From contig NC_013967.1 in NCBI RefSeq assembly GCF_000025685.1, forward strand, positions 510,001 to 542,000: a stretch of DNA of 32,000 bases. The letters are read 5' to 3'. The stretch's first letter is position 1. Every line of letters begins with the position of its first letter. Shown piece after piece: positions 31,708 to 32,000 of this stretch. Origin of the DNA: Haloferax volcanii DS2. GTDB taxonomy: Archaea > Halobacteriota > Halobacteria > Halobacteriales > Haloferacaceae. The translations under genes were made by a program, and so were the position numbers. The notes beneath the pieces were generated by a model, which was given only the letters and a program-made list of their open reading frames with translations, had not been told where the DNA came from and searched no databases.

Positions 31708-32000
31708 TGGTCGTCGAATACATCGGGCAGGCGCTCGTCAACCTCGCTGACCCGTTTATCCTCCTGTTGATGGTCGGCGGTATCTTCCTCGGCATCCTCA
31801 TGGGGTCGATTCCGGGGATGACCGCGACGATGACCATCGCGGTCCTGCTCTCGTTTACCTTCACGATGGAGCCGAGTCAGGGGATGATTCTCCTGTTGGG
31901 TATCTACGGCGGCGCGGTGTACGCGGGGTCGATTCCGGCGATTCTCATCCGCACGCCGGGTACCCCGTCGGCGGCGGCGACCATCTTCGACGGCCACCCG
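31707..32000 (+). CDS. tctA: TTT large membrane subunit (TctA family), N-terminal 98 codons; continues beyond the window
   Basis: Not in the ORF track because there is no stop in the window. My translation is MVVEYIGQALVNLADPFILLLMVGGIFLGILMGSIPGMTATMTIAVLLSFTFTMEPSQGMILLLGIYGGAVYAGSIPAILIRTPGTPSAAATIFDGHP, the characteristic TctA N-terminus (GxIPG...A..LLLP.TF, YGG...AIL...PG). Confidence 0.85.
   Translation, partial: MVVEYIGQALVNLADPFILLLMVGGIFLGILMGSIPGMTATMTIAVLLSFTFTMEPSQGMILLLGIYGGAVYAGSIPAILIRTPGTPSAAATIFDGHP

Noticed and set aside
1-32000. Search for CRISPR arrays, IS elements/transposases, integrases, toxin-antitoxin or defence-system genes, rRNA, and B12 riboswitch-like leaders upstream of the cobamide operon.
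   Set aside because: None found. There are no spaced direct repeats of CRISPR type, no transposase or recombinase-like ORFs, only one tRNA, and only ~65 nt of leaderless-type promoter DNA upstream of the cobamide operon.

Overview
High-GC (roughly two-thirds G+C by eye) sequence encoding acidic proteins, with TATA-like boxes about 25-30 nt upstream of many start codons. This is the chromosome of a haloarchaeon (class Halobacteria). The gene order ncsA / ftsZ2-cdrS-cdrL / tRNA-Tyr / cobamide operon / minD matches Haloferax from memory, which I cannot verify here. Left to right the window holds: a lipoate-protein-ligase fragment, endonuclease IV, a SAM methyltransferase, an NmrA-like reductase paired with an HxlR regulator, small Zn-ribbon and membrane proteins, and the tRNA-thiolation ATPase NcsA. 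Next come the cell-division module cdrL-cdrS-ftsZ2, tRNA-Tyr(GUA) followed by an array of tRNA 3'-end fragments embedded in hairpins, and an aldo/keto reductase. A seven-gene operon follows in which every junction overlaps (HAD-cbiB-cobS-cobY-cobT-cobD-cbiZ; cobamide salvage and nucleotide-loop assembly), then a cobD paralog that has lost the PLP-binding lysine. After that: a MinD-type ATPase translationally coupled to an unknown acidic protein, OsmC, an unknown protein, a SnoaL-like protein, a ~300-bp low-GC island, an ACT-domain protein plus homoserine dehydrogenase, and two tandem type I 3-dehydroquinate dehydratase paralogs. The right end is a probable organic-acid uptake/catabolism cluster (SDR epimerase-like, IclR, RraA-like, TctC, Zn-ADH, MBL hydrolase, TctB, TctA). 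I found no rRNA, CRISPR array, IS element, integrase or recognisable defence system. Most long Arg/Pro/Ser-rich ORFs in the track are GC-bias shadows of the real genes. I do not see a complete novel multi-gene system. The most unusual items are: (1) the tRNA-Tyr 3'-fragment/hairpin array, (2) a fivefold GTAAGAC/GTCTTAC array between cdrL and cdrS, (3) the lysine-less CobD paralog and the atypical HAD protein fused into the cobamide operon, (4) the MinD-partner pair, and (5) a divergent second aroD next to an IclR/TTT cluster whose promoters share a sequence motif.
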